A stretch of 64,000 nucleotides of DNA, from the NCBI GenBank assembly GCA_000004695.1, contig CM000151.3:6368001-6432000 (forward strand), in the 5' to 3' direction. A program made the position numbers and the translations under genes. Under the pieces are notes generated by a model that saw only the letters and a program-made list of their open reading frames with translations, searched no databases and was not told the DNA's origin. Of the stretch, positions 36,227 through 54,562 are shown one piece after another; position 1 is the first letter of the stretch, and each line of letters begins with the position of its first letter. The DNA comes from Dictyostelium discoideum (lineage: Eukaryota).

Positions 36227-36742
36227 AATATTATTATTGTTATTATTATTATTACTCAATTTTGTATTAAAATCAGATGTAATTCCAATATTAAAATTAG
36301 AATTTTGTTGATTTGTCAAAATATTATTAATATTATTGTTATTGTTATTAATATTATTAATATTATTATTATTATTATTATTTAATTGTATTATTGATGA
36401 TTGAGAGCAATTTTTTAATTGATTATTGTTAATTAATTCGTTATTATTATTATTATTATTATTTTGAACTGATTTTGACCAATTTATAGAATGAAATGAA
36501 CTTAAACGAGTTTTTGATTTTTCGGATATTAACAAACGGAAACCTTGATATTTTTTGGTTAGACGATTAAATCTTCCACGAAGAGTTGACAAATTAACAT
36601 GAAACAAAGCGGCTAAGGTTCTATCTGGAAAATAAATTGGCTCGTTTTCGGAATTACAAAAATATTGGATTTGAGAGATTTCTCCAGTATTTGATAATTC
36701 AATGTCAAATTCTTTGACATAATATTCTCTATGTTTTTCCAT
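33716..36742 (-). CDS. Large low-complexity (N/S/T/Q-rich) protein of unknown function, about 980 aa; two exons
   Basis: Exon 1 36742..34888 (donor GTAAGT) and exon 2 34803..33716 (acceptor TTTTTTAG); intron 84 bp, phase 1, and the frames join exactly. N-terminal globular region MEKHREYYVKEFDIELSNTGEISQIQYF... Central '...HVKLVNVALGEWIANNHERLGT...'. Several homopolymeric Asn/Ser/Thr runs. Confidence 0.5.
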
Positions 36743-37872
36743 TTTTTATTTTTATTTTATTTTATTTAATTATTTTAATTTTTTTTTTTTTAGATTGAAA
36801 GGAAATTGACCAAAAATTAAGGAAATATATAACTTCGAGAAAGTTTAATAAAAATCAATAGTGATTAATGGTGGAGTCGTGGATTTAAAAAAAAAGCACG
36901 TGAGTTTTTTTGTTTGGTAAATAAAAAATAAATTTTTTTTTTTCCTTTTACTTGTAACTTTTTTTTTAAAAATAAAAATAAAAATAAAAATTAATATTTA
37001 TTTATTTTTGTATACAAATAATAAATTATTTTAAATTTTGGGGTGTATTAAAGGATAGTTAATAGTGTAGTAGGGGAGATTTGTAGGAGAAAAAAAAATA
37101 TGTGGGTGGTGGGGTAATAATGGTGTTGTTTTTTTTTAATTTTTTTGTTTTTTTTTAATGTTATGTGGAAAATACTACTACTACTACTATTGGGTACATA
37201 TTAAATTTTTAAAAAATCATATTATCAGATCAATATATTATAATATCAATATAAAAAAAAAAAAAAATAATAAAAAAAAATTTTATTTGGGGTGTGTAAT
37301 AAAAAAATAATTGCAATTATTATACAGAAATATGGATAAATTAAAAAGCCTTGCCAACCCAAATAAAATTTTGAAAAAAAAAAAAAAAAAGAATTTGATT
37401 GATTTTTAATTTGTCATATACAAACAATAACAATAATTCAACCAACATAATAAAAAGTATAACAATAACACAACAACATAAAAACGAATAAATTATTATT
37501 ATAATTATTTTAAATTTTTTTTTTTTAATGACGTAAACAACAGATTTTAGTTTTTTCATTTTTTTAATGGCGTTGTTTGTGTGGTGTAGTGTGGTGTGAT
37601 GTGGGAGTGGGAAATTTTAAAAAACAGAACTTGTTTTTTTTATTTATTATTTATTTATTTATTTTAATTGATTTTTTTTTTGGCCTATTTAATAAGTACA
37701 ATCAAAAGAAATTGGATACATTTATAATATGGTAATATTGAACCACACTATTCAAATGAATAGTTTTTTTAATTAATGCAAACAACATCTAATATTTCAA
37801 AAAAAAAAAAAAATAAAAAATAAAAAATGAAAAAATAAAAATAGGAATTAGATAAAAACAAAAAACAAAAAA

Positions 37873-37916
<44 letters not shown>

Positions 37917-38008
37917 CTGTTGTATTGGAATGTGTCATGATTTTATTAAAATTTCAAAAAAAAAAGGGTTTTGTTTTTTGTAGTTATTGTTTTTGTTGTT
38001 GTTGGTAG

Positions 38009-38039
<31 letters not shown>

Positions 38040-38376
38040 GTTGTTATTTTGGTTGTTGTGGTAGTGGTGTGGTGGTGGTGTTGTTGTTTATTGTATTATG
38101 AAAATTATAGTGAATTCTATTAAAATTATATTAACCAAAATATATAATAATAGATGAATAGGTGCTACTATTAATAAAAAATCGTATTGTACGTTTATTT
38201 TAACATTTTGATTATCGATATCATTTTTATTTTTTTTTACATTTATTTTTTTTAATTGACATTTTGTAACCCCCACCAACCACACTTATCAAATTTAATA
38301 ATGACAAAATGTAATTTTTCAAATAAAGAAAAATAATTACCCAAAAAAAAAATGTATACATATCTATTTAACAATA

Positions 38377-38429
<53 letters not shown>

Positions 38430-41146
38430 ATTACAATTTTATAAAAAAAATATTAATTTAAATAAAAAGATAAACTATTATCTTATCTACTTAATTTTTT
38501 TTTTTAAAAAAAAAAAAAAACAAAAAATTGTATTTTAAAAAATAAACCATGAATAAACCATAACTGATTAATTATTCAAATATAATTAATTGAAATAAAG
38601 GTTTTGGAGTGAGGGCAAGTGTGTGAGTGTGGGTTTAGTGTATTATGATAACGAATATGATGTATTAAATTGTGAAGTTGTTTATGGAAAATGTATTATT
38701 ATTATTTTTTTTTAATTTTTTTTTTTATTTTTTTTTTTTGTTGTTATTTATTATTATTATTATTGTTGATGTTGTAGGTTATTGTTGTTGTTGATTTTGA
38801 TGATGTCGATGATGTTTTTGATGTTTTCCTTATTATTGATTTGTGGTTTTTTTTTTTTTTTAAATTTTATGATTTTAAAAATTATAAAATACAATATTTT
38901 TTACACATCATCACCATCCATCATCCATCATCCACCCATTAAAATAATATTATTATAATTAATTTTTTAAATTTTCAAACCATTTTCCACAATTTATTTT
39001 AAATTTATTAACATCAACAAATAAATATTTATTATACGTTTTTCAAACAGAAAAACAAAACAATTAAAATTTTAAAAATAATTTTACATTTTCATCACTT
39101 TACAAAAAAAAAAAAAAATTAAAAAATAAAAAAAAAAAAAATTAAAATTTAAATGTAAATAAATTTTAATTAAATATATACAAACATTTTTTTAATATAT
39201 ATATATTTATATATATATATATATATATATAAATATATATATATAAATATAGTTATTGTTATTATTCTCTTATTTATTTTTTTAATATTATTATTATTAT
39301 TTTTTTTTTTTTTTAATTTTTTTTAATTTTTATGTTGAATTTAGATATTAAAATAAATTAAAAACCAAATTGTTTTAGTTGTTGTTTAGTTGTGTGTAAT
39401 TGCTGTTTATTTAATTATTATATTGAAAAACAAAAAAAAAAAAAAAAAAGAAAAGTTTTTTTTTATTAATTAAGAAAAAAAAATAAAAAAAAGTAAAAAA
39501 AAAATTAAAAAATTAAAAAAAAAATAAACTTGCAACAATGATTTTTAATTGTGATAAAATAATTTCCTAAAATGATTGAATTTTCAAAAGGGTTTTTAAA
39601 TGATGTGTTTAATAACAGTTATAAAAAATTAATAAAAAAAAAAAAAAATCATTTTATTAAATAAACTTCCCTTTTTCACCCAATTCATTTTTTTTTTTTT
39701 TTTTCCTTTTTTAATTTTACAAAAATTTAATATCATTTATTTCAAGTACTATTTTTAGTCAAATAAATAAAATCTGTTGGTGAAAAAAATAAATATATAT
39801 AAAAAAATAAATAATAATGGTATGATAAGAAAAAAAATAATAAATTAAATCTACAAAAAATATAATCAATCACATATCTTTTTTTTGTGAATGTATGTAT
39901 GGTAATCGGAAATTCAATCACTTACTTTACAACATCCTTGTTGTATTAATTTTTTTAATTATTTTTTTTTTATTTTTTTTTTTTTCTTTTTATAGTGATC
40001 CTTTTTAATTTAAATTAATAAATAAAAATAAATACAAAGACTAATTAAATTTAAATACAAATTAAAAATTAATTTAGAAAGAGAAGTATATAAAATATTG
40101 TTAAAAAAAGAAATATAAAAAAAAAAAAATAATAAAAACAATAAAAAAGAATTGAAAAAAAAAAAATAAAAAAAAAAAAAAAAAATATAAACGAGTTTGA
40201 TGTTTATTTTTTTTTTACAAAAATTAGTAATTTGATCAGATTGAACGAGAATTTTTAAAAAATTGCAAATAAAATTAATTCATATGAAAATATGTCATCT
40301 ATAAATTTTATTAGAAACAAATTTTATTTGATTCAGAAAAAAAAAAAAAATAAAAAATAAAAAAAAATTAAAAAAACTTATTTTCACTCAAACCATTAAA
40401 AAAATCTGCAAATATAAAAAAATAAAATATAATAAAAAAACTAATACTTTGCTTTCAATTAATAATTATGTCTCTTTTGAATTATTTATTTTGTTTTTTT
40501 CTAATCTCTTTTTTTCTATTTTTTTTTATTTTTTTTCTTTTTCTTTTTTTATTTCCTTTTTTTTTTTTTTTTTATCTTTTACTTTTATAAAATATTTAAT
40601 TTGTTATTGTAAAAATGTCATAAATGAATCTGATATATCGATGTGTGTATTAAAATTTTCAAAATTATTTTTGATTTGAGTAACCATCTTTTTGTTTTTC
40701 TAATTTAAATAAAAAATAAATATATATTATGGTGGGAGGGGGGTTAGATATTATTACAAATTTAATAAAAATTAAAAAAATTTAAAATCAAAAAAATCAA
40801 ATCATAAATAAATAAAAAAATAAATTACTCTATTTGATTTTTTATTTGTAGTTTCTCTTTTTAATTTATTCCAAAACAATTGAAAATTTGTACATATTAT
40901 TTCATCTATTCTATTTTCTTTTCTTAATGAACAAAAAACAGAAAAAACTGTTCTGAGTACTATATTTACATTAATCTCCTTATTACCTTCAAACCATTCA
41001 TCAATAAACCATTGAGTTACTCTTTTCTTTCTATAATTTGTTGATTGTATAATTCCATTAATATGCCCAATTGAAATGTTTAAAAAATTCTATATTTAGA
41101 TATATATATATTAATATATTATTAATATATTATTAATATATTTTAT

Positions 41147-41503
41147 TTATTTTTTTTTTTTTTTTTTACAAACTTTTTCACAAATCAATCTTAGTTCAAT
41201 AAGAGTTAATGTTGGTTTTGGTGGAGAGTGAACATTTTTATTTACATTTGATGAATTTGGCATTGGTAAAACATCATTTGAATCTACACCAAACATTTTT
41301 TTATTTTCTGTAACTGGTGTTAAACAATATTGAAATGGGGAATTTGGGATTGGTGTTGTAAATATATTTGTGTTATTTTTATTATTATTATTATTATTAT
41401 TTAATGGGGTTGTAAAAACATTTTTAAAATTTTTATTGGGAAATGGTGTTAAATTAACACTTGGAATATTTAAAGATGAATTATTTGATTCTTGGTTTTC
41501 CAT
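41147..41503 (-). CDS. Small Asn-rich hypothetical ORF (118 aa); possibly exon 1 of a split gene continuing at about 41080-40875
   Basis: ORF only. A downstream in-frame segment NFLNISIGHINGIIQSTNYRKKRVTQWFIDEWFEGNKEINVNIVLRTVFSVF... follows an AG (tatag) at about 41082 but would need a weak GTTTGT donor. Confidence 0.2.
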   Translation of the reverse strand: MENQESNNSSLNIPSVNLTPFPNKNFKNVFTTPLNNNNNNNKNNTNIFTTPIPNSPFQYCLTPVTENKKMFGVDSNDVLPMPNSSNVNKNVHSPPKPTLTLIELRLICEKVCKKKKKK

Positions 41504-41859
41504 TTTTTATTTTTTATTTTTTATTTTTTATTTTTTATTTTTTTTTTTTATTATTTGTTGAATAGAAATTAATTGTTTAACAAATAAAATAATTATATAA
41601 AAATAAATGAATAACAAAAAAAAACAAAAAACTTAAATAAAGAATTTGTTTTAAAATTTAAATAAAAAATAAAAAATAAAAAATAAAAATAAAAAAAAAG
41701 ATTTACAATTTATATCTTAATTTTACTAAATAAAATGATTTATTTAAAAAAAGTTAGATATCATTAATTTTAAATGAAAAACCAATTAAAATAATAATTC
41801 ATTGAAGTATGATTAAGGAAATCAATGAATTTATTTATTTATTTATTTCCATTTTCTTC

Positions 41860-41894
<35 letters not shown>

Positions 41895-42070
41895 GTGTTA
41901 TACATAAATTGTTTTTTATTATTATTATTATTATTATTTTTCGTTTTGATTTTACTTTATAGGAAATTCCAAATATGGATAAGTATTATTTTAAAAAATT
42001 GATAGATAATTTACTATTAAGGATCATCCAAATTATTTTTATTATTATTAATAATTCTAATAAATTATTT

Positions 42071-46915
<4,845 letters not shown>

Positions 46916-47074
46916 ACTATTTTTTGTATGAAAGTAGTGATACTATTGATTTAATATAAATTGATTGTAATGTTTTTTTTTTTAAAATTTTTTTTTTTTT
47001 TGTTTTTTTTCTTCTTTTTTTTTTTTCTTTTTTTTATTAATTCTTTTGGGTGGTGCAAATCGTCGCTCTCGTTA

Positions 47075-47111
<37 letters not shown>

Positions 47112-47270
47112 TTTTTTTTCATAAAAATTTTATTTTTTTAATTTTAATTTTTTTTTTTTTGGTGATTTTTTTTGGATAAAATAAATTAAAAAAATTTAAT
47201 CTACAGTTGTTTCCGTTTCCATATATTTTGAAAATTATTAATAATCACTTTTTATATATTTTTTAAACAC

Positions 47271-47308
<38 letters not shown>

Positions 47309-47535
47309 TTTTTATTTCATTTTTTTATTTCCCAAAAAAGAATTTTTTATTAATTTATTAATTTATTTATTTATTTTTCTTTTTTAAATGATGGGGTGAA
47401 ATTTAATACAAATTGAATCAAAATGGGGGTTGGTTTTTTTTTTTAAAATTTTTTTTTTTTTTTTTTTGATTTTTATTTTTTTATTTTTTAATTTCTTTTA
47501 TTTATTCATATAAATTTTAATATTAAAATTAAAAT

Positions 47536-48900
47536 ATGAAATTAAATTATTTAATTTCTATATTATTATTTTTAATAATAAATTATTCATCATTTGTAAG
47601 TAGTATAAACATTTTTAAAGATATCAATATAATCTATGATCATTTAAAGGATGACATAAAAGAGATTATTGTTGATGCAACTACAACAGTGAATCATGTA
47701 GAATACTTTATTGATATAGTGAATAGCAATGGATACCCATGTGAGCATCATTCAGTTATAACAGAAGATGGTTATATATTGGGTGTATTTAGAATTCCAT
47801 ATTCTTATAACAATAATCAAAATCTTAATAATAAAACTAGACAACCAATTCTATTGCAACATGGTTTATTAGACTCATCGATAACATGGATAGTTAATAA
47901 TGCAAATCAATCACTACCATTCATATTATCAGATATGGGATACGATGTATGGATGGGTAATAACCGTGGTAATACATTTAGTATCAATCATACTAGATTG
48001 GATGTAAAGAGTAGAGAATTTTGGGAATTCTCATTCGATGATATGGGTTGGTACGATCTACCATCAATGGTTGATTATATCATTCAAGTTAGTGGTGTCG
48101 ATGAAATTGGTTATGTGGGTCATAGTGAAGGTACAATGCAAGCCTGGATATCCTATTCAGAGATCAAAGGTTTCGATAAGAAAGTGCCAATTTACATGGG
48201 ACTTGGTCCGGTTGGTAATGTCTCCCACATTACAAATGTTGCATTAAAGACAATGGCCACCTTTAGAATTGATGATCTCTTTAGAATTTTCGGAACCAAA
48301 CAATTCTTACCATCTCCAAAATTATTACGTGGAATTTTCATTAGTTTCTGTATTGATTGCCCTTTATGTTGTGAAGATGTAGTAGAATGGTTATGTGGTC
48401 CACATAAAGGTGCCTTCAATCAATCAAGAATGCCATTTGTAAGTGGTAATGAACCTGGTGGTACTGTAAGTTGATTTTATTTTATTTTTTCAATAAATTA
48501 TAATTAATAAATAAACAATTAACTAATTATTTTAAAAAAGTCACTTAGAAATATGGTCCATTTCACTCAATTAGTAAATTCAAAACAATTTCAACATTAT
48601 GATTATGGAGTTATTGGTAATTTATTACATTATGGTCATGAAAAACCACCATTAATTAATGTTGAAAATATACCACCAACTGTAAAGATTGCATTATTCT
48701 CTGGTACAAAGGATGAATTGGCAGACACAATAGATGTAAAGCAATTAGTATCACTCTTACCTCCTGAAACAATACTCTCTTGGGACATAATTGAAAATTA
48801 TGCTCATTTAGATTTTGTTTGGGCAATAGATGCTAATATTTTAGTTTATCCAAAAATTTTAAATTTTTTCAATAATTTCTTTAATCAATCAAAATCATAA
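47536..48900 (+). CDS. Secreted/lysosomal acid lipase (AB-hydrolase lipase family, gastric/lysosomal lipase-like); two exons
   Basis: Exons 47536..48465 (donor GTAAGT) and 48541..48900 (acceptor AAAAAG), phase 0. Signal peptide MKLNYLISILLFLIINYSSFVSS. 'HGLLDSS..W', nucleophile elbow GHSEG, C-terminal 'YAHLDFVWA' (catalytic His). Confidence 0.7.
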
Positions 48901-49307
48901 TTTTAAGGAGAGGGAAAAAAAAAAAGAAAAAAAAAAAAAAAAAAAAATTAAAGAAATCGTATGATATTTTCATATGATATGTATATAGTGTATAAAATGT
49001 AATCTAAAAAAAAAGGTGTACTATTATTATTATTTGTTGTTTTTTTTTTTTTTATTGTTTAATATATTTCAAAACTTTATTTTTTTTTTTATAAATTGAT
49101 TTATTTAATAATTCTTTTTTTTTTTTTTTTTTGTGTGTATACATTTTAATCACTCGTAATATTATATTACTATATTCTATATTTTTAAATATTTAATTTA
49201 GTTTTTCTTGACTAAAAGTTCTTTTTGGAGTAATTCTGAATTTAAAATGACTAAAGTTTTTTGTATGGATTTTTTATATTTTAAAATAAAAAGGAGTGTT
49301 AATAATA

Positions 49308-49544
49308 TTATATTTGAGTGTGATGTGGCGTTATATTATGATAATAATAAATAATAAATTTGTGATAATTACTGGTTGATGATTCTTTGCCATTTTGGTA
49401 CATGACAGTATTTGAAATGAAACCTTCTCTATTTTTAGCAGCAGCTCTGAATGGTTCTTTTAAACAATTACGGACATGAGTACCGCAAATGTTAGCGTAT
49501 TGTAAATAAGTGATACCAGCAGCTCTCCAATATTGACCAGCCAT
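49308..49544 (-). CDS. atp5e: Mitochondrial ATP synthase epsilon subunit (ATP5E/Atp15-like); C-terminus uncertain
   Basis: [40 protein letters not shown]... aligns with human [27 protein letters not shown] and yeast AWRKAGISYAAYLNVAAQAIRSSLK...YKNGTAAS. A possible GTAATT donor after ...GKESST would give a shorter, different C-terminus. Confidence 0.55.
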   Translation of the reverse strand: MAGQYWRAAGITYLQYANICGTHVRNCLKEPFRAAAKNREGFISNTVMYQNGKESSTSNYHKFIIYYYHNITPHHTQI

Positions 49545-50176
49545 TTCTTTGATTGATTTTGTATGTGTGTGAAATTTATTGATTTGAAAAAAAAAAAAAA
49601 AATTTTGAAAAAATTGAAAAAAAAAAAAAATTAAAAAAAAATAAAAAAATAAAAAAAAATAAAAAAAAAATTAAAAAAACAAAAAAAAACTTTCGAAAAA
49701 GGTAATACGAAAACAATGAACTTTAATAATTGTTAAAGTATGAAATAATAATAATTTTTAAATGAATCAAATGAAAAAATTCCTCTTTTTTTTTTTTTAT
49801 TTTTTTATTTAAGATATATATTTTGAATTAATTTTTAGTAAAAACAATAATTTTTAAAAAAATAAAATAGATCATTTTTTTTTTTTATTTTTTCATTTTT
49901 TTTTTTTTTGTTTATTTGCTCTTTATTTTTTTTATTTTATTCAAAAATAATTATTAAACAATTCTTTGATTTCTATATTTTTTTTTTTTATTATTTATTC
50001 ACTTTTATTTTTTATTTTTTATTTTTTATTTTTTATTTTTTTTTTTAAATTTTCATTTTCACTATTTTTTTTTTTTTTTTTTTTTGTGATCTGCACACAT
50101 ACTCAGTTTACAATACAAATTAAAAAAAAAAAAAAGATTTTTTTTTTGTTTTTTTTTTTGTAGATACACATAAAAA

Positions 50177-50595
50177 ATGAATAAGATATTATCAATATTT
50201 TATGTTTTTAGTTTATTTGTATTTGTAGTATTTGGTATTTATGAAGAAGAGATTGGAAAAAGAGATTGGTCAATTAGAAATATAGGTCAATATGAAAATA
50301 GTTTATATTTCCCATATGATGATACAATCTTAGTTCATTCTAAATTATTAAATAAACTCGATAATACTGAAGATACAACTACAACAACAACCACAACAAC
50401 ATCACATGTTATCAGTCTTTTAAATTCATCAAATGGCGTACAAAGATGGAGACAATTATTACCAATTCAAGAACAAACTTTTCAAACTTTAACATTTAAT
50501 AGTTTTGATAATGATTGTATGTAATTTAATAATATGAATACATATAATAATATAATATAATATATATCATTTAATTTATTTACTAATAGTATTTA

Positions 50596-50630
<35 letters not shown>

Positions 50631-53294
50631 GATTTTTTAACATTAACAAATAATAAAATTATTAGATATTGGAATAGAAATAATGGTGAATTATTATGGA
50701 GCTATGATACAAGTTTAGCAGTTGAAGGTAATTGTAATATTGCAGATATTATAAATAAAGATGGTATTATTAGAATATTATGTGATCAAGCAATTCTATT
50801 TATAAAGAGAGAGAAACAAGTTATAATATTATCAAATATAAATATTGATAATGGTATTGAATTGAAATCATTAAATTTACAAAATCTTTATTCAATCTCT
50901 AATAATAGTGATCAAATTAAATTTATAGAATTTGATTCAAAATTTAAAATTTTAACAACAACAAATAATAAAATTCAAAAATTATCAAATCCAATTCAAT
51001 CAAATCAATTAATAATAAATGAAAATCATTTAATAAATAAACAAATTTTAGTAATTTTAACAAAATCTTTTAATTTAGATATTATTAATATTAATAATAT
51101 TAATAATAATGAAGAATCAAAGATTTTCAATACAAATTTAAATAAAATTTTACCAAAAGATAATGAACAACAAGATTTAGAAATTAAATCAATTTCATCA
51201 ATTTCAAATAATAATCAATTTATAATTATTTTATCAAATGGTAATCATTTATTAGTTGAATTTAATATTGAAAATAATTCATTAGAAATTGTTAAATCAA
51301 TTAAAAGAACAAATATAATTAAAACTTCATCTACTGCCACTGCTACTACATCATCATCATCATCAATGAATTTATTAATTTATTTAATTAGTGGTAATGA
51401 AATTGAAGATGGTGAATATTCAATTGAAGTTGTGAATGGTGGTTTAATTGGTAGTGAAAAACTTTCAAGTATTTCAAAGAGATTTAATGGTTTCATTGAA
51501 AAGGTTACTAGTTTCAATGGATACATTTTAATTTCAATGTCAGATTGGTCAATCCACATGTTTAAATTAAATGGTGCAGTTGTTGAATCATTATGGTCAA
51601 GAGAAGAATCATTATCATTCATTCTATCAACTGAAATCATTGATTATCCATTACCTGATATTTCAAAATTAGCTCAACTTCAATATGAATTCAATGAAAC
51701 TGATGGTTTTTTCACTCATTTTTCAAAAAGAATTTCAACTCAAATTTCTGATATTTTTGGACTAACTACTACCACTGCTACCACTACTACCACCACTACT
51801 ACTACTGAAGAAAATGAACAAATTAAAAAAATTATAATTGTTACAACAAAATCAGGAAAAGTACTTGGATTAAATAGTAAAGATGGTAGTGTATTATGGT
51901 CAATTTTATATTTAAATTTTAATGATAAATTAAATGTAATGAAGGTTTATATTACAAAGAAAACAGTTTATGAATCACCAGAGGTTGCAATTATATTCCC
52001 ATTGTTGAATCAAGAGCCAAAGAGTTTAATTAGTTTTATTAATCCATTGGATGGAAAGGAGCGTAGTTATCGTATTATCAATCATAAGTTATTACATACA
52101 AATGTTCTCTCTCAATGGTCTGATCCAATAACTCATGCACAAATGATGTATTGGGTAATCAATTATCCAGTGGATCATCCATCACCAATGGTTACACTAT
52201 ATCCATGGAATGATAAAACTAGAAAACAATGGTCACGTTTAAAACAATACTATTTCTATTTAATTGATAAAGATCAGTCAGAGATTAAAGGTTACGGTAT
52301 CGAATCATTGGCAGATGGTAAACATGGTGGTATTAAATCAATTCCAACTTGGAATATTAAATTCAACAATGCCAAAATCATTGCCACCTCTTCAATGAAC
52401 CCTCATGAAATCATTCAATCTCCTGCTATCATTTTAGGTAATCGTGACCTTTTACCAAAGTATATCAATAGAAATATGATAACCATAGCCACTTTGGATG
52501 ATCAATCTAGTGTAGGTGCTGCTGCATCAGCAGTATCAGTGTTAACTATAACCTTGGTAGATTCAATCACTGGTGAAATTATTAAATCATTCAAACATCA
52601 ACATTCTTCAAATAAGATATCATTGGTTCAAACAGAGAATAGTGTAGTTTACTCTCATTATGATATAATGTCACAAACTCAATTGATTTCATCGATTGAT
52701 ATATTTGAGAGAAATATAGATTGGAAGACAGAGACAGTTTCAAGCTTTAATTCCACCACTGCCACTTTATCAGGTCAATTATCAGATCAATTAATAATTA
52801 AACATAAATCATTCGTTTTCGCTCACGGTCTTATTAAAACACTATCATTATCAATCACTGACAGAGGTATCACATCAAAACATATACTCGTTGGTTTAAC
52901 CAATGGTCAAATCTTACCAATAGATAAGAAATTCATAAATGCTCGTCGTCCATATCCAAGTGAAGTTACACCAAATGATGCTGAAGAACAATTGATTCCA
53001 TATAAACCAATACTTCAATTCCCACCTTGGTTATTTACAACCTATAATTCAACTGTACAAGGTTTAACAACTATCACTAGTACTGGAACTGATTTAGAAT
53101 CAACTTCTCTAGTTTTCGCTTATGGTCAACCAGATGTTTTCTGTGTCTTAATCACACCTTCACTTCCTTATGATATTCTCTCTGATCAATTCAATCATAT
53201 CTCTTTAATAGTAACATCTTTAACTCTTTTAATTTTAGCATTTGTCGCTAAAAATTATAAAAATTCTTTATTATTATCTAAAAAATGGAAATAA
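50177..53294 (+). CDS. emc1: ER membrane protein complex subunit 1 (EMC1) homologue, about 1000 aa; two exons
   Basis: Exons 50177..50516 (donor GTATGT) and 50632..53294 (acceptor AAAAAG), phase 1. Signal peptide. N-terminal 'YEEEIGKRDWSIRNIGQ...LNSSNGVQRWRQLL' matches the EMC1 'YEDQVGKFDWRQQYVGK...LNSRTGEILWRHV' region. The C-terminus has a TM segment. Confidence 0.6.
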
Positions 53295-53443
53295 AACATT
53301 TTCTCTAAACAAATAAAATTAAATAAAAAAAAAAAAAATAAAAAAATAAAAAATATAAAAAATAAAAAGGTTTTTTTTTTTTGGTTTTATTTTTACACAC
53401 TAAACTAACTTATAAAATATATATTTTACATAATATTATAATT

Positions 53444-54214
53444 TTAATCCCACATTCCTTTTTTAGGTTGTTGAGAATTTATTTTATTTATTTTTGAATT
53501 TCTATTGATTGATGAACTTTTACTTTCATTATCTTCGTTATTACTTTTTGAGAATTTATTATTATTATAATTGTTATTATTATTATTATCATATGGTTTA
53601 TATCTAAATGAATTATTATTATTTTGAGCACTAATATAAGAGTTTTGTTTTTTATTTTTATCTATTAAAATATTCTCTAAATGATTTTTAGTCATTGATG
53701 ATACATCTTTTGATTTTTGTAATTCTTTTGTTTTTTGTTGTTGTTGTTGTGATTTTGATTTTTTATCATCTTTATTATCTAACATATAAAATGGTGAGTT
53801 ATTTTTACTATTTACACTTTGATTTGGATCATTTGAATTTTGTTTAATATCTGTATATTTCTTTAACATTTCAGATGTATCATTATCTTGTTTTGAATAT
53901 TTTTCAAAATGTGGTGAACATGATAACATTGAATTAATTATATTTGTAACTTCTATTGATTTTACAAAAATTTCAATATTTTCTTTTGGTTGTTGTGGTT
54001 GTTGTTGCTGTTGTAGTTGTTTTTCTTGTTGTGTTTCAGTTGTTGTTTCTATTATATTTGTTTTTTTTTTATTTTTAATTGGTTTTTGTTGTTTTATTAT
54101 ATTTGTAGATGGTTCTAATACTGATTCTGATTGTGCTGATCCTGAAATTGATGAAGATGTACCTATATCTTCATTTTCAATTTTATTGTTATTATTATTA
54201 ATTGGTTTTTTCAT
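53444..54214 (-). CDS. Hypothetical low-complexity (N/K/Q-rich) protein, 256 aa
   Basis: ORF only. poly-Q/N tracts; no recognisable domain. Confidence 0.35.
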   Translation of the reverse strand: MKKPINNNNNKIENEDIGTSSSISGSAQSESVLEPSTNIIKQQKPIKNKKKTNIIETTTETQQEKQLQQQQQPQQPKENIEIFVKSIEVTNIINSMLSCSPHFEKYSKQDNDTSEMLKKYTDIKQNSNDPNQSVNSKNNSPFYMLDNKDDKKSKSQQQQQKTKELQKSKDVSSMTKNHLENILIDKNKKQNSYISAQNNNNSFRYKPYDNNNNNNYNNNKFSKSNNEDNESKSSSINRNSKINKINSQQPKKGMWD

Positions 54215-54460
54215 TTTTCTTTTTTTTTTTTTGGTTTTTTGGTTTTTGGCTTTTTTTTTTTTTTTTTTTTTTTATATGGGTTGAATGGAATAATTTAATA
54301 AAAAGAGTGTGAAAAAAGAGAGAAAAAAAAGAGATTTTATTTATCTATGTTTTTAAAAATAATTTTATAAACAAAACGAACGAATTAATTTTTTTTTTTT
54401 TTTTTTTTTTATTTTTTTTTATTTTAAAAAATCCCAGAATTGACCGTTTTGTAATGAAAA

Positions 54461-54492
<32 letters not shown>

Positions 54493-54562
54493 ATTTTAAA
54501 TTTTTTTTTTTTTTTTTTTTTGATTAGTTATTAAACAATTATTCAATCAAAAAAAAAAAAAA

